This document shows, in pieces, positions 1 through 11,595 of a stretch of 64,000 bases of DNA; position 1 is the stretch's first letter; every line of letters starts with the position of its first letter. The stretch comes from Eledone cirrhosa. Taxonomy: Eukaryota. Under the pieces are notes generated by a model. It made no database searches, was not told where the DNA came from, and saw only the letters and a list, made by a program, of their open reading frames with translations. Made by a program: the position numbers and the translations under genes. The stretch lies in contig OZ024743.1 in the NCBI GenBank assembly GCA_964016885.1, positions 51,336,001 through 51,400,000 on the forward strand, read 5' to 3'.

Positions 1-1215
1 GTTATATGGCATCTTGCTTGAACGTTCAGTCTTTGACTTGGTTTCTATGGCTGGATACCCTTTCTAATGCCAACCAGTGTACTGGGAGCATTTTATCATG
101 ACTCCAGCACTAAAATCTTACAGGATGGACAGTGCTTTTCGTGGCACTAGCATTACCACCTTACAAGGTGGACAGTGCTTTTTAACATGGTACCAGCACT
201 ACCACAGGGTACTCATTGAGTCCTTGATCAGGCTGGTGAAGTACTGATGTGATTAGGGATATAAAAATGAGGGTAGCCTTGAAAGTGTGTTGTGCCTGGC
301 AGTATATTGTGAGGCACAGGTTGGATATGGAAAGTGAATCAAGGATGTGAGTGAAAATAGGAAGCACAATATGACAGGGATAGGGGGTACTGGAATCGAT
401 TGGACAAGGAAAGGAGCAAAAAACAAAAGGGGTGAAACGGGATAGTTGGGGGTTTAAAGCAGGGAAGGTGGATGGGTGATGGTGGTGCTGGGGGTTTGCT
501 AAATACCATTTCACCTATCTGCCATCCCCGGCTACATGGGTAGGCAAGTCTGCTATCATTCAACATATTGCCAGTCAACTCAGCCTCGTATCATCTTCAT
601 GAGACATACATAAAAGTGCTTGGTGTTAGTCAAGAAGGGCATTCAGCCCCAGACAGTATGCCAAATATGGAACATATAGGCAAGTAGTGGTCCTCCATCT
701 GGAAAAGTAGTAACCTTAAATAGGAACTGACTGGGATAAACCAGTCAACCCATGCCAGCATAGAATGTAGATGTAAAATATAAAGAAGGGTCCCACACTA
801 TAATCTGGTGGACACTTAGGAAGCCAGGTGTAGACAAATGGCTTGTGTGGGCCATGCAAGCCATGTATAGAGAAGAAACCAGCAGAGTGAGAGTTGACCA
901 GTACAGTGATGAATTTGAAGTGCAGGAAGGGGTTCACCAAGGTTCAGTCCTTAGTTCATCATTGTCCTCTAGGATATCACTGAGGAGTAGAAATCTTGTC
1001 AAACAAAAGGGTGAGGAGGACCCTCAGTTGTGTCAAATACACGACAACCTCTCCTGAATACTTGATGGAATGTGAGACTGTATATAAGCGAGACATGGAT
1101 CCCTGGTCTGCCTGGGTGATCAGTAGCTCCACTTCAGTACTGACTTGGTCTATATAGACCTGTCCAACCTTTGCTAGCAGGGAAGCAGACGTTAAAACGA
1201 TGATGATGATAATAT
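1..1215. mobile_element. Cluster of RTE-clade LINE fragments (RT piece and 3' ends)
   Basis: AMQAMYR...FEVQEGVHQGSVLS at 845-960; 3'UTR pieces with (ATG)n tail shared with the 18945-20763 copy. Confidence 0.75.
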
Positions 1216-1360
1216 ATGATGTCACTATGTGTTTGTTTACAAGGAATGCTGATTATGTGTAATGAAGAGAGTGGTGACCATGTATGAGAATATGTGAATG
1301 GGCATACAGTATAATGGCGAGGTGGTGGAGTCAAGTCTCAAGTTTTATCAGCTGACAATG

Positions 1361-1821
1361 ACGAGAGAGAGAGAGAAAGAGAAAGAGAAAGAGGGAGAGA
1401 AAGAGAGAAAGCGAAAGAAAGAGAGAAAGAGAGAAAGCGAAAGAAAGAGAGAAAGAGAGAAAGCGAAAGAAAGAGAGAAAGAGAGAGAGAGAAAGAGAGA
1501 GAAAGAAAGAGAGAGAGAAAGAAAGAGAGAGAAAGAAAGAGAGAGAGAGAGAGAAAGTAAAGAGAGAGAAAGTAAAGAGAGAGAAAGTAAAGAGAGAGAA
1601 AGAGAGTAAAGAGAGAGAAAGAGAGAGTAAAGAGAGAGAGAAAGAGAGAGAGAAAGAGAGAGGAAGAGAGAGAGAAAGAGAGAGGAAGAGAGAGGGAGAG
1701 GAAGAGAAAGAGAAAGAAAGAAAGAGAAAGGAAGAGAGAGGAAGAGAAAGAGGGAGGAAGAGAAAGAGAGAGGAAGAGAAAGAGAGGAAGAGAAAGAGAG
1801 AGGAAGAGAAAGAGAGAGAGA
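1361..1821. repeat. Compound polypurine (GA/GAAA) low-complexity tract
   Basis: ~460 nt of almost pure G/A. Confidence 0.97.
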
Positions 1822-2129
1822 ATCAAATATCGTGTGGGCGTGGTGAGATGGTGCCACAAATAAGCAGTAATTCTCGTCAATGCTCTAACCATTCTATTAA
1901 TCAAAACGGTATTAGATTCCTGTGGAAAATTTATAACATTATCTTGATTGATATTATCAACATGAAAGTAGAAGGCAAGATGAACACATTCCCAAGTTTA
2001 CGTTTAGCCTACTAGAAAAACTTACCAAACGAAATATTACAATAAAGACGGTAGTTTAAAACAAATAAGAATCGTAATCGGCATCATGGAAAACATATCT
2101 CTGCAAAATTTCACTTCATAATTATTATT

Positions 2130-2350
2130 AAGAGTGGTTGATGGGCAGAATTGGTAGAGCGTCAGACAAAATACTCTGCAGTATTTAGTTACGGCCCTTT
2201 ACATCCTCAGTTCAAATCCTGCAGAAGTTAACTTTGCCTTTCATCCTTACGGGGTCGATAAAATAAAGTACCAGTAACGCACTGGAGTCGATTTAGTCGG
2301 TTTTCCTTCAAATTGCTGGCCTTTTGCCAAAAATAGAAACAATTATTAAA
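2130..2350 (+). mobile_element. tRNA-derived SINE (octopus-type); related copies at 20860, 26600-26900, 34330-34520, 39410-39720
   Basis: Shared core gagttcaaatcc...gttaactttgcctttcatcc..ggggtcgataaaataaagtaccag, repeated throughout the window. Confidence 0.75.
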
Positions 2351-3164
2351 GAAGCTATAAGATAAGGAAACAACGTCGGGGATAGACTTCTATGTGATCG
2401 CTCAACAGGCTAGAAACAATAGCAAATTTCCTCAAACAACACACCATCTTAGAAAAGAGCACATTAGATAGTAAATCTTTTTTACTATTACATCCGTCTC
2501 ACTTTGGAGATGAAATTTATGTTTTTCATTTTTTATTTTTTATGTTTTATGAACGAAATTGGCTTTAAAAAGCCCCGAGAGATTATTCGTTTTTTAGGGG
2601 CGCCGGCGATTTTGAAGATCAGATTCGTTCAAAACATCGAAAACCACGGGAAAAATATTAATTACACATCGAAAGCGAGACGGTAATAGTAAAAAAATTA
2701 CTCAGATACTGTAATCCTAGATTCCTTCACACAGGAGAAAAATGTCTTTGATCAGATTAACTGGCCTGGATTAAACACACACATGTGATCTACTTCAAAG
2801 TAGATCAGTTTTCTCTTATGCCTGTTCCAAGATTACATGTGTTCAGTGGCGTGTAGACTGAATTGGTCCATCAGACTTGTACTCTGAATGGATATAAATG
2901 TATTTTAGCCTCTTATGTACGCATAAATATATAAAACAAAGTAAATCTCAGCGAGAGAATTTACTTTACAATGATTATTTTAACGTGCAATTTAATCTTG
3001 CTCATTTAAGTTATAAACCGAATTTTGATTAGTAAGTTTACTTTTTTTTTTATCAAATACTACATGCGCATACATGGTAAATGATGGTTAAAATACTTAA
3101 AACATTCATAAAATATAAAAAATAGCCATTACAAATGATAGTTAAAATACTTAAAACATTCATT

Positions 3165-4010
3165 ATCTTTCTGAAAGAATCGCGAGCTATTTATAATGTC
3201 TCAGCATTTGTAATGTTATTTATGTATATATTTAAAACATATTTGTTATGTTATTCTACTGTAAATTTATCTATATGCTCTGTTTATATTTTCATTCTGA
3301 AAGAATTGCAAACTATTTGTAATGTATTTATGAAATAAATGTTGTCACTTTAAAAAAGCCATTACAAATGCTTCTCAGATTCAGAACATCCCTCAGTCTT
3401 GGAACCATCTGGGTTGTCCAGAAGTGACGGCCTTACCCTGTGCCCCTGGTCGAGAGGCAGGTGCCTTGTCTGAGACGTCACCGTTAATGACTTTTGCTTT
3501 TCCCCACATCCTGGATGCTGCGGTTAGGACGAGAGCCACAGCTCCCGCAGCCGAGCGGAGTAAGACCCTAAAATCTGTCGGCCAGCTACATTTTTCAGCC
3601 TGTGGCTTTCGAGACGTTTGGGGGAGTCGGGCCGCTGACTGCGAGGTTCCTCTCTTCACTGGCGGCTCGCCTAATAGAGGTAACTGGCGAATCTCGCGAG
3701 GGCGCTTGGTTGTTCCAGCGCATTAGCCTCGCCATCACCCGAGGCAACACTGCGAGTGTGCTGGCTTGTCTCAAAAATCATTAGAGAGGTTGCCCGGTAC
3801 TCCTCGCTGCTGTCTTTTGCTCTGGTGTTGGCTCAGTTGTTCAACCCTTCCTTTACATTTTCTTTAACATTAAAAGAATATATCTTTCTGAAAGAATCGC
3901 GAGCAATTTATAATGTTATCTAAGCATTTGTAATGTTATTTATGTATTTATTTAAAACATATTTGTTATGTTATTCTACTGTAAATTTATTTATATGCTC
4001 TGTATGATAA
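3165..4010 (+). mobile_element. 5'-truncated CRE-like (RLE-type) non-LTR retrotransposon 3' ends
   Basis: FETFGGVG...LFQRISLAITRGNTASVL is a restriction-like endonuclease C-terminus; 3'UTR duplicated at 3165-3335 and 3870-4010. Confidence 0.75.
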
Positions 4011-4254
4011 AAATTTGTAATGTTGAATATGCCTAATCTGACTGAAGCAGTAGCCAAATCTCCCTCAAATCACACTGTAAAATCTTAACTCATCTTGTGT
4101 CAAATCACACGATTGCTCCTGGTTCTATGATACAAGACTGCCTGTTTTTAAGTGTTTACATTTATTTAAAAAAACTATTATAAACTTTTTTTTTTTTTAC
4201 ATTAACAGAGAACAACAAATGTAGCTCAAGAGGACTCAATTCGATTGAAGCTTG

Positions 4255-6590
4255 TACCAATAGACGTCTTGAGGGAAAGAAACGTTTCCATATATAAAAG
4301 AATTACCGCAGAGAATAGCCAACGACACTGGCTGCATCAGCCATTCTACTTCACCGAGTTCCTTCTTCAGACGATGTGTATTCTTCCATATTTTGAAGGT
4401 GGGGTGAGGCGTTAACGATAATCCAGAGATGGAGGACACGAGAAGTCTTGATGATAACTGACACGAAAAGGAAGCAGTTGGCCAAGTCTGGGTATGTGGG
4501 TATTTTCTGCTCCTCTGCGTTACGGGCAGCAGTGTCTAGGTTTGTAACCAATGCGACAAGGTTGGAATTGGAGAACGTATCGCAGCACGTGGCGTCCTAG
4601 ATTAGAGATCCGCCCATCCTGAACAGGAAAACCGGTTATATCTGGGCACTTACCGTTACCACGTTTGAGGTAAGCAGGCTCCAATTGTGATAGAAAACCG
4701 GTCGTGTCAAGAACTATATACACATATTAGCACGTGTTTGCGTATATAACTGTCAACTCATAAGCACGTGAGTATAAGTATATACTCAACGGTAACAGCA
4801 CGAACGACTCAATGAAAGGTTGTCACGATCACAAGCCCGTCTACCCAGACGTGTAGAACCCAAGGCGTATGCCACTTCATGGAAGCGTTACGCTGGAGGA
4901 TAGCGAAGGAGAAGCGCTGAAAGGGCCATTGTGGGTGGCCAACTCCGTCCCGATAGCAGTAAACAGAGTGGTAGTTCGTGGAGCCAGAACGTGAGAGGTT
5001 TTCCCTGCTATAGGTTCAATGATAAACATTTCGGAAAACGGACTATATTTCAACAGTTTATGATATTCCACTTGTGAGACAACGAAATCTGGGTCTGTCG
5101 TTGAATTCACTAGGTTGCTTCTAGAGAACGTGTCGCTGCATGTTGCGTCCAAGATGAGGAACTTACCACCGCGGGACTGGGAGATTGTGAATACACCTGG
5201 ACTTTTGCTGTCCCCTCGCTCTAACTTCACCGATTCAGGGAACAAAGGGAAGCCTGCTTAATGATGCTGTTGAGAGCAACAAGGCGCGAGGGATGACTGG
5301 CACTGAGACGGCAGGACAGCGGATGAAGGCCGAACGCATCTATCATGGATCTGTAACGACATACGTGTTACTAGGTGATCCGGAGGTCGAGACTCAGGGA
5401 AACAAAGTAAAACGTTTAGCCAGACACTGCTATGGGGTTAAAAGGCGGAACGAAAACATGCCAGGCGGTGCTGGCTAAACAGGCGCACAAGGCTGCTAGA
5501 AGCTTTGTGGAACAGAATGGAAGCCAAGTCGGCTCCAAGTTATGGAGTTCGTCTCGAGTTCTCTGATCATAGTAGGCTCTGATGTGGAGAACATTGTCGA
5601 TAAGGGCACGGCAGGAGGTCAGCAACGTGAGAAATGCAACAATGCCAATGAAACTGGAGACCTGGGCCACAGTATCGTGGCTTGTTACCATCTAGTGTCA
5701 TCGAATTGGACGTTAAATTTCTTTTCCGCACCATGCCGGATGCAGGCATCGATATCTGTAAAAAGAGGAGTCGCCCTGTTGGATGCCTATGGAGGATAAC
5801 ATTATCGGCGGTGAGGAGACCCGTATAAGTAGACCACTGGGAAGACAGAGCAGGTCACAGTGCAGACAGTTAAAAGTGTATCTCACATCGAGCATGACGA
5901 TGAGATACTTAGAATCTATCAACGCCAGCTCGAGTGGGCAGTCATTGATGGACTGCCTAGCGGTGTGGGTACCCTCCATACATCCTCCAGCTACTTTAAG
6001 TTGAACCGAGCTTAATTTCCCGTCCAGTTCAGAGGTGACAGACCTGCAGATGGCCTAGGCAGTTAACCTTCTGAAGACATTGTCCACAGCAATAGGGCGT
6101 ATTCCGCAGTCTTTCTTTCTCATAGTAGTTAAGCTGGCCGAAAAGAGAATAGTTCACTGGTATTGGGGCCGAGGGCAAGAATGGCACTCAACAAGTGATG
6201 TCTGGTCTCAGTAGTGCGGAGAAGACAAGTCTGAGGTAACAAGAGAATGTTTGTTAGAAGATCACAAATAGCGGACAAAACCTCCCCAGTGGAGTGAAGG
6301 GTAGTGTCATCCGAGCCGATTACTCTCACCGCGGCTGATACATTGCCTTCAATTAGATTGGCATTTACGCGGTTGTGTAAATACTTTGAGACAGCTTCGG
6401 CGGTGGAGGACAGCCGGCACGTGTTTGGACTGAAGGTAACATGGTCGGACACAGGATGAGCGTCTGACTGAACGCTGAAATATTATCCTTGATTAGGGTC
6501 GCTAGTGACAGACTACCTCTATCGGCACTAGTGTTAGGGAGACTGAGGGTGAGCGAAGTAGAAAAGGCGCGCTCAGTCGCTAGGTTGAAA
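4255..6590 (-). mobile_element. Degenerate CRE-like non-LTR retrotransposon (RT + RLE), with a second RLE-coding end in tandem
   Basis: KKDCGIRPIAVDNVFRRL (~6120-6060), LDVRYTFN and GIQQGD (RT); ERGDSKSPG...LILDATCSDTFS (RLE); second copy RGNGKCPD at 4520-4720; many stops and frameshifts. Confidence 0.8.
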
Positions 6591-6994
6591 CATTAGCACA
6601 CGTGTGTGTGTATATAGCTTTAAACACCTTAGAACATGAATGTGTATATAACTATGAACTCATTAGTACGTGTGTGTGTGTATATATACCTATATACTCA
6701 TACATGTGTATATGTAACTATAAATTCCTGAGAATGCATATACAAACATGCTGTGTTGGACCATCATCGGTTCCGATGAGGAGTATTCCAGTTCCATCAA
6801 CGAAACAGCCTGCTCGTAAAATTAAAGCCCTCATGTAAGTACGTGAGAATGTGTATATAACAAACACGCCTCTTAAATAGTAATTCAACAGATTATCGTT
6901 CATCTGGATGATGCAATAACATTTGATATAGTGAAAATGATAAGGGAAATGGATTAAAGAGATTAAGTACAAGGCCACACGTGTGCCTTGACGG

Positions 6995-7400
6995 TTTGTG
7001 GCTTAGTGGTTAGGGCGTCCGGCTCACAATTCTAAGGTGGCGAGTTCTATAACCGGTGCCGCGTTGTATCATTGAGCAAGCCACTATTTCATGTTGGCTC
7101 AACTCAAATGGCTAGCCTTGTTCTGCATTCTCACACGGAATCTCCATGGGAATTACGTTAAGTCTACACGTATGGGGGGGGGGGGATGTCAGCCCATTAC
7201 ACGTGGATTTTACTGGGGCGTTTATACAGCATTTTAAAACGTGGTGGAGCTCAATCCTCTGCAGGTCTGAATACAGCAGATTTCTCCCAGAGAAGGATAG
7301 AAAACGAGAGAATGACAGTGAAAAGAATCGACCCCAATACTTCACTGGTACTTTTTATTCGATTAGATGAAAGGCAAAGTTGACCGCGGCAGGAATTAAG
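6995..7400 (+). mobile_element. tRNA-headed SINE; other heads at ~30105, ~38675, ~45560, ~48375
   Basis: Pol III A box TGGCTTAGTGG and degenerate B box followed by a conserved gttg..ccttgagcaagacactt body; no full cloverleaf. Confidence 0.7.
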
Positions 7401-7413
7401 TAAAGTAAACGGA

Positions 7414-7615
7414 TGAGGACGATATGAAGTTACCTTAGCAATTTTTAATCATCCCAAATATTTTCGGATTTACTATTCATTATCGAGAGAAGTCGGTAGG
7501 GGGACCTCAGAGAGAACCCTGAGAAATATCGTGGGCGGCTGTAATCGAACAGATGGTAAATCCGAAAATATTTGGGATTATTAAAAATTGCCAAGGTAAC
7601 TTCATATCGTCCTCG
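7414..7615. mobile_element. MITE-like element with ~63-bp terminal inverted repeats
   Basis: gaggacgatatgaagttacctt..ttttcggatttac versus gtaaatccgaaaata..aaggtaacttcatatcgtcctc. Confidence 0.75.
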
Positions 7616-7923
7616 TACTTCACTGTGTTCCTTTTTCTCCTACTTTATTACCTTGGCATTTTTACTAAACATGCATTATCGAGCTTCTAAATATCCAAAC
7701 TTATTTGTATCACACACACACACACACTCGTGTAACCCAGTTTTTAGAACAAGTATACCGTATCCCTGCATGTCGTGAGATACATCTAAAGTGGTTTGGT
7801 GTCAGACGACCATCCATTCTAAAACACTGTCTCAAAACATCGTCCAACCCATATCACAGACAAGCGGACGTAGAAACGATGGTGGATATGTGCGATACAT
7901 ACACACAGAAAGGTGTGTGTATG

Positions 7924-8110
<187 letters not shown>

Positions 8111-8337
8111 AGCAATACAATAATTTCAATAGAGAGAATATTTAACTGTGGTGTGTAGCAGACGACTTAATATCAAATAATGTAAACATGAAAATTAGGG
8201 TGGGTGTGAAAATACGAAACTAAGACTTGCCTTCAGAAATACCAGATGAAGAAATTCACAGAATAAATTATATAATGTAAACAATAGACTGGTTAAACTG
8301 TTTCATCAACCACATAATAAAAATAGCTATAACTTAC

Positions 8338-8483
8338 TGTGATTTGGTGGCTGAGAATGCTGGAAAGTGGGCCAAACATATGAGTAAGATAACAATGAGT
8401 GTAGAGGAGCGGACACCTTTGCAAGGTGAAAGAACCGTAGATAACATGTCTAGTAAAGTTGAGGCCCAATAGTTCTGGTTCAT
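8338..8483 (-). CDS. Putative first coding exon (signal peptide) of an unidentified secreted or membrane protein
   Basis: Manual translation MNQNYWASTLLDMLSTVLSPCKGVRSSTLIVILLICLAHFPAFSATKS; ACCATGA start context; ends at consensus donor CA|gtaagt; non-repetitive context. Confidence 0.5.
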
Positions 8484-10169
8484 GGTTTATCTACGAAGAA
8501 AACAGCTGTTTTGGGTACAAACTCCAAACAACATTAATATCACCATGGAAAACGTGATTCCGAGGAAGACGAAGACAGTTTCCACAAGAAGAACAAATAA
8601 AGGACGACAATAGTTATAAAAGGTTCACAGTAGTATTTCGAGGATTGAGAAGCGGTTTGGTGCAACAGGATTTGATGCAATTAGGGTTAGCTAAGTTAGA
8701 AGTAAACAGAGTTCGCTTTTACGTGGGTCGGACGAAGCAAATCCGTTTCTCTCCAGAACAAACTCTCCTTTTCAAAATGATTCTATACGTGTTCTTCGTT
8801 GTAAAATATTAATAAGGCTTTTCTTAGCCACTGGCAGAATTCAAATTCTAAAAAGTAACACCTATTTTACATGAAACAATATGTTGAAATTTCGAAGTCA
8901 CAGTAGTATTCCTCGCCAGAAAATAAGTTTTACACTACTCACATATATTGAGTGCACATTCATTTAATGTTTTAAGTAAAATGGTATTAAAAACATCCAC
9001 TTTAGTATATATATATATATATATATATATATCAAAACTGTGTGTACACAAACAGCAACTCTGGGGAGTTACGGTAGACAAACCAACAAGGATATGACGA
9101 AGCATGTACTTGTATAAAAAAAATCTTTTTTACAGCTGTTGCAGTTCAAATGGGAAAACAAAACCCCCAACAATTATATGATTAATTAACAATGTTGTTT
9201 AATTAATTCAAACTTAGCTTCTTCAAATTCGTTTTCGTTTCGTGTCTCCAATTCAATTGTGAAGACTGGTAAATTTTGTTAATTCGTTTTTACTTTCAAT
9301 AATGGCATTATTTCCATAACATTTTCTGTTTAATTACGATGGAGAATTTTTGTAAAGCTTGTTTGTTTCGTTGCTTTCGTGTTGGTAATTCGTCTATTCA
9401 AGTTCTCTTTCATTCCTCGCTAAAGTTGTGAGTTTTGTATTAGCCTACAAAACACTTCCACTGTGGTTCACATAAATAATTACATGTCCCCTGCATAGCG
9501 TTGTAGTTACACGCTTCACATTCACTGCCTTCTTATAGTGTCCAGGAAACTTGCTCGGGTTCCCTGCCTTCGTATAGCGTCAAAATAACAAACACATTCC
9601 CTGTCTTCTTTATAGCTTCAAGAAAACTAGCCTTGGTTATTTCCCTTGATTAACGTCCACGTCTTTTTAAATAGAGTTTTAAAAAATATCTTGTGTTCTC
9701 TGCTATTTTATTATGTTTTTCTGTCCATTTACCGATTTTTTTATATCGATAAATGTACAGAAAAACACCCCTCAGCCGCTCGGTGGGAAGATATAGTTTT
9801 TCTTATATTTTTTCGTGTGTTTATAAAATAAATCTGTCCTACAAATCAGTTGGAAACAACTCATTTTTTTTAGAAAACAGGGAGGATCCTCGGAGTTTCA
9901 TACCCACTGTGTTTTCTTTTTCCTAGATTTTTGTTCGTGTACTTTAAATGAATTTGACCTTCAAATCCGCCTGAAATGGTTTCGAACCATTCCGTTTGAA
10001 AAAATTAATAGTAAAGAAAACTCCAAGTGCCCACTACCATCCGTTTTCTAAATACGAGTCATTTTCAACGAATTTGGAGATCAGATTCGTTGAAAAACAC
10101 ACAAAATCTTCGGTAAAACAATTCACACCAAAGAAAACCCAGACGGTTCCCATCCACACGAGCCTCCGT

Positions 10170-10254
<85 letters not shown>

Positions 10255-10409
10255 TAAAATAACAGATTAAAGTTTAAGCAAAGAATCGCTGCTTTCACCC
10301 TTAACGGGATCTTCTGAAATAAATATTTGTTCTACGGTTCTTATATATTTGATATATATTTATCCTTATCGAGCCCTCTTTGGATTTTAGTGTTCAAATT
10401 TATTATTAT

Positions 10410-10453
<44 letters not shown>

Positions 10454-11242
10454 AGGATTACATATATATATATGTGTGTGTGTTTTACAACGGGTCACTT
10501 TGTGGCTCAATAGGAAACGGTATATATTTTATCTGGTGATTCTATAGACATGTTTTATGATATATATATATATATATATATAATGAAAAATTGAACAGGG
10601 ACAGAACAGAGAGGCAGTACGATAAATGTTTATTAAATTCGCGCTCAGGAGAGTGGGGGGTAGGTGGGGGACGACGTTTCGGGCATAAGCCCTTCCTCAG
10701 GTGAGAGTTCAAAAGGTGTGTAGGGGAGTGGTGGAGAGACATATCGCGAAAGGAAACGGTGCGAATGAAAAATTAACAAATAAAGACAAAAATATAATAA
10801 ATAATAAATAAAAATAAAGCATGATCAAAATACAAGGAATGAGAAAATTTAAAAATAAAGGCATAATCAAAATAAACTGAAATTAAAAGGGGGGTAAACA
10901 GGTGGTGGAAGGGTGTGGGGTGAGTAGAGGTGGTGGCGGGTGGAGTGGGGAGACGGGGTGTCCGAGCGGGGAGGGCTGAAGGTGGTGTGTGTGGTTAGGT
11001 GTGTGTGTGTGTATGTGAAAGTGAGGGTTGGGGGAAGAACGGGGTTGCATGTTCAGGAAGGTGTGTGTGGGGGGTGTTTTTGTGGGTCGGAGGGTCTGTG
11101 CGTGTGTGGATAGGGGGTGGGGGGAGAGGAATGGGGGGGGGCTGAGGGTGTAAATATGTGGTGGGAAGCACGTGTGTGTGGTTTAAGCGTGTTGTGGGTG
11201 TGGGTGGCGTGTGGATAACAAAAATTGTTTTGGGGTGTGTGT

Positions 11243-11301
<59 letters not shown>

Positions 11302-11351
11302 TAGATAATTCCGAAAGGAAAAAGACTGCTCTCTGTATAGAACAGAGCTAT

Positions 11352-11595
11352 TTAATTACATAGTGAACAACACAAAATATAACTACTCCATTACCAAAGA
11401 TTTCTGGATCACAGACGATAATAATATACGTTTGGATCGGTCGTCAGACAGAGATGTTATAGATAAAAGATATCTTTTATCTACAAATTCTCTGACTGAC
11501 GACCGATCCAGACGTATATTATATTATTATTGTCTGTGATCCAGAAACCTTTGGTAATGGAGTAGTTATAGTTTGTGTTGTTCACTTTCTAATTA
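11352..11595. repeat. ~245-bp near-perfect palindrome
   Basis: Centre agataaaaga-ta-tcttttatct (11461-11482); arms pair out to tgaacaacacaaa / tttgtgttgttca. Confidence 0.9.

Noticed and set aside
1298-1904. 103-188 aa ORFs (ERE/LSL-rich)
   Set aside because: Translations of a GA microsatellite
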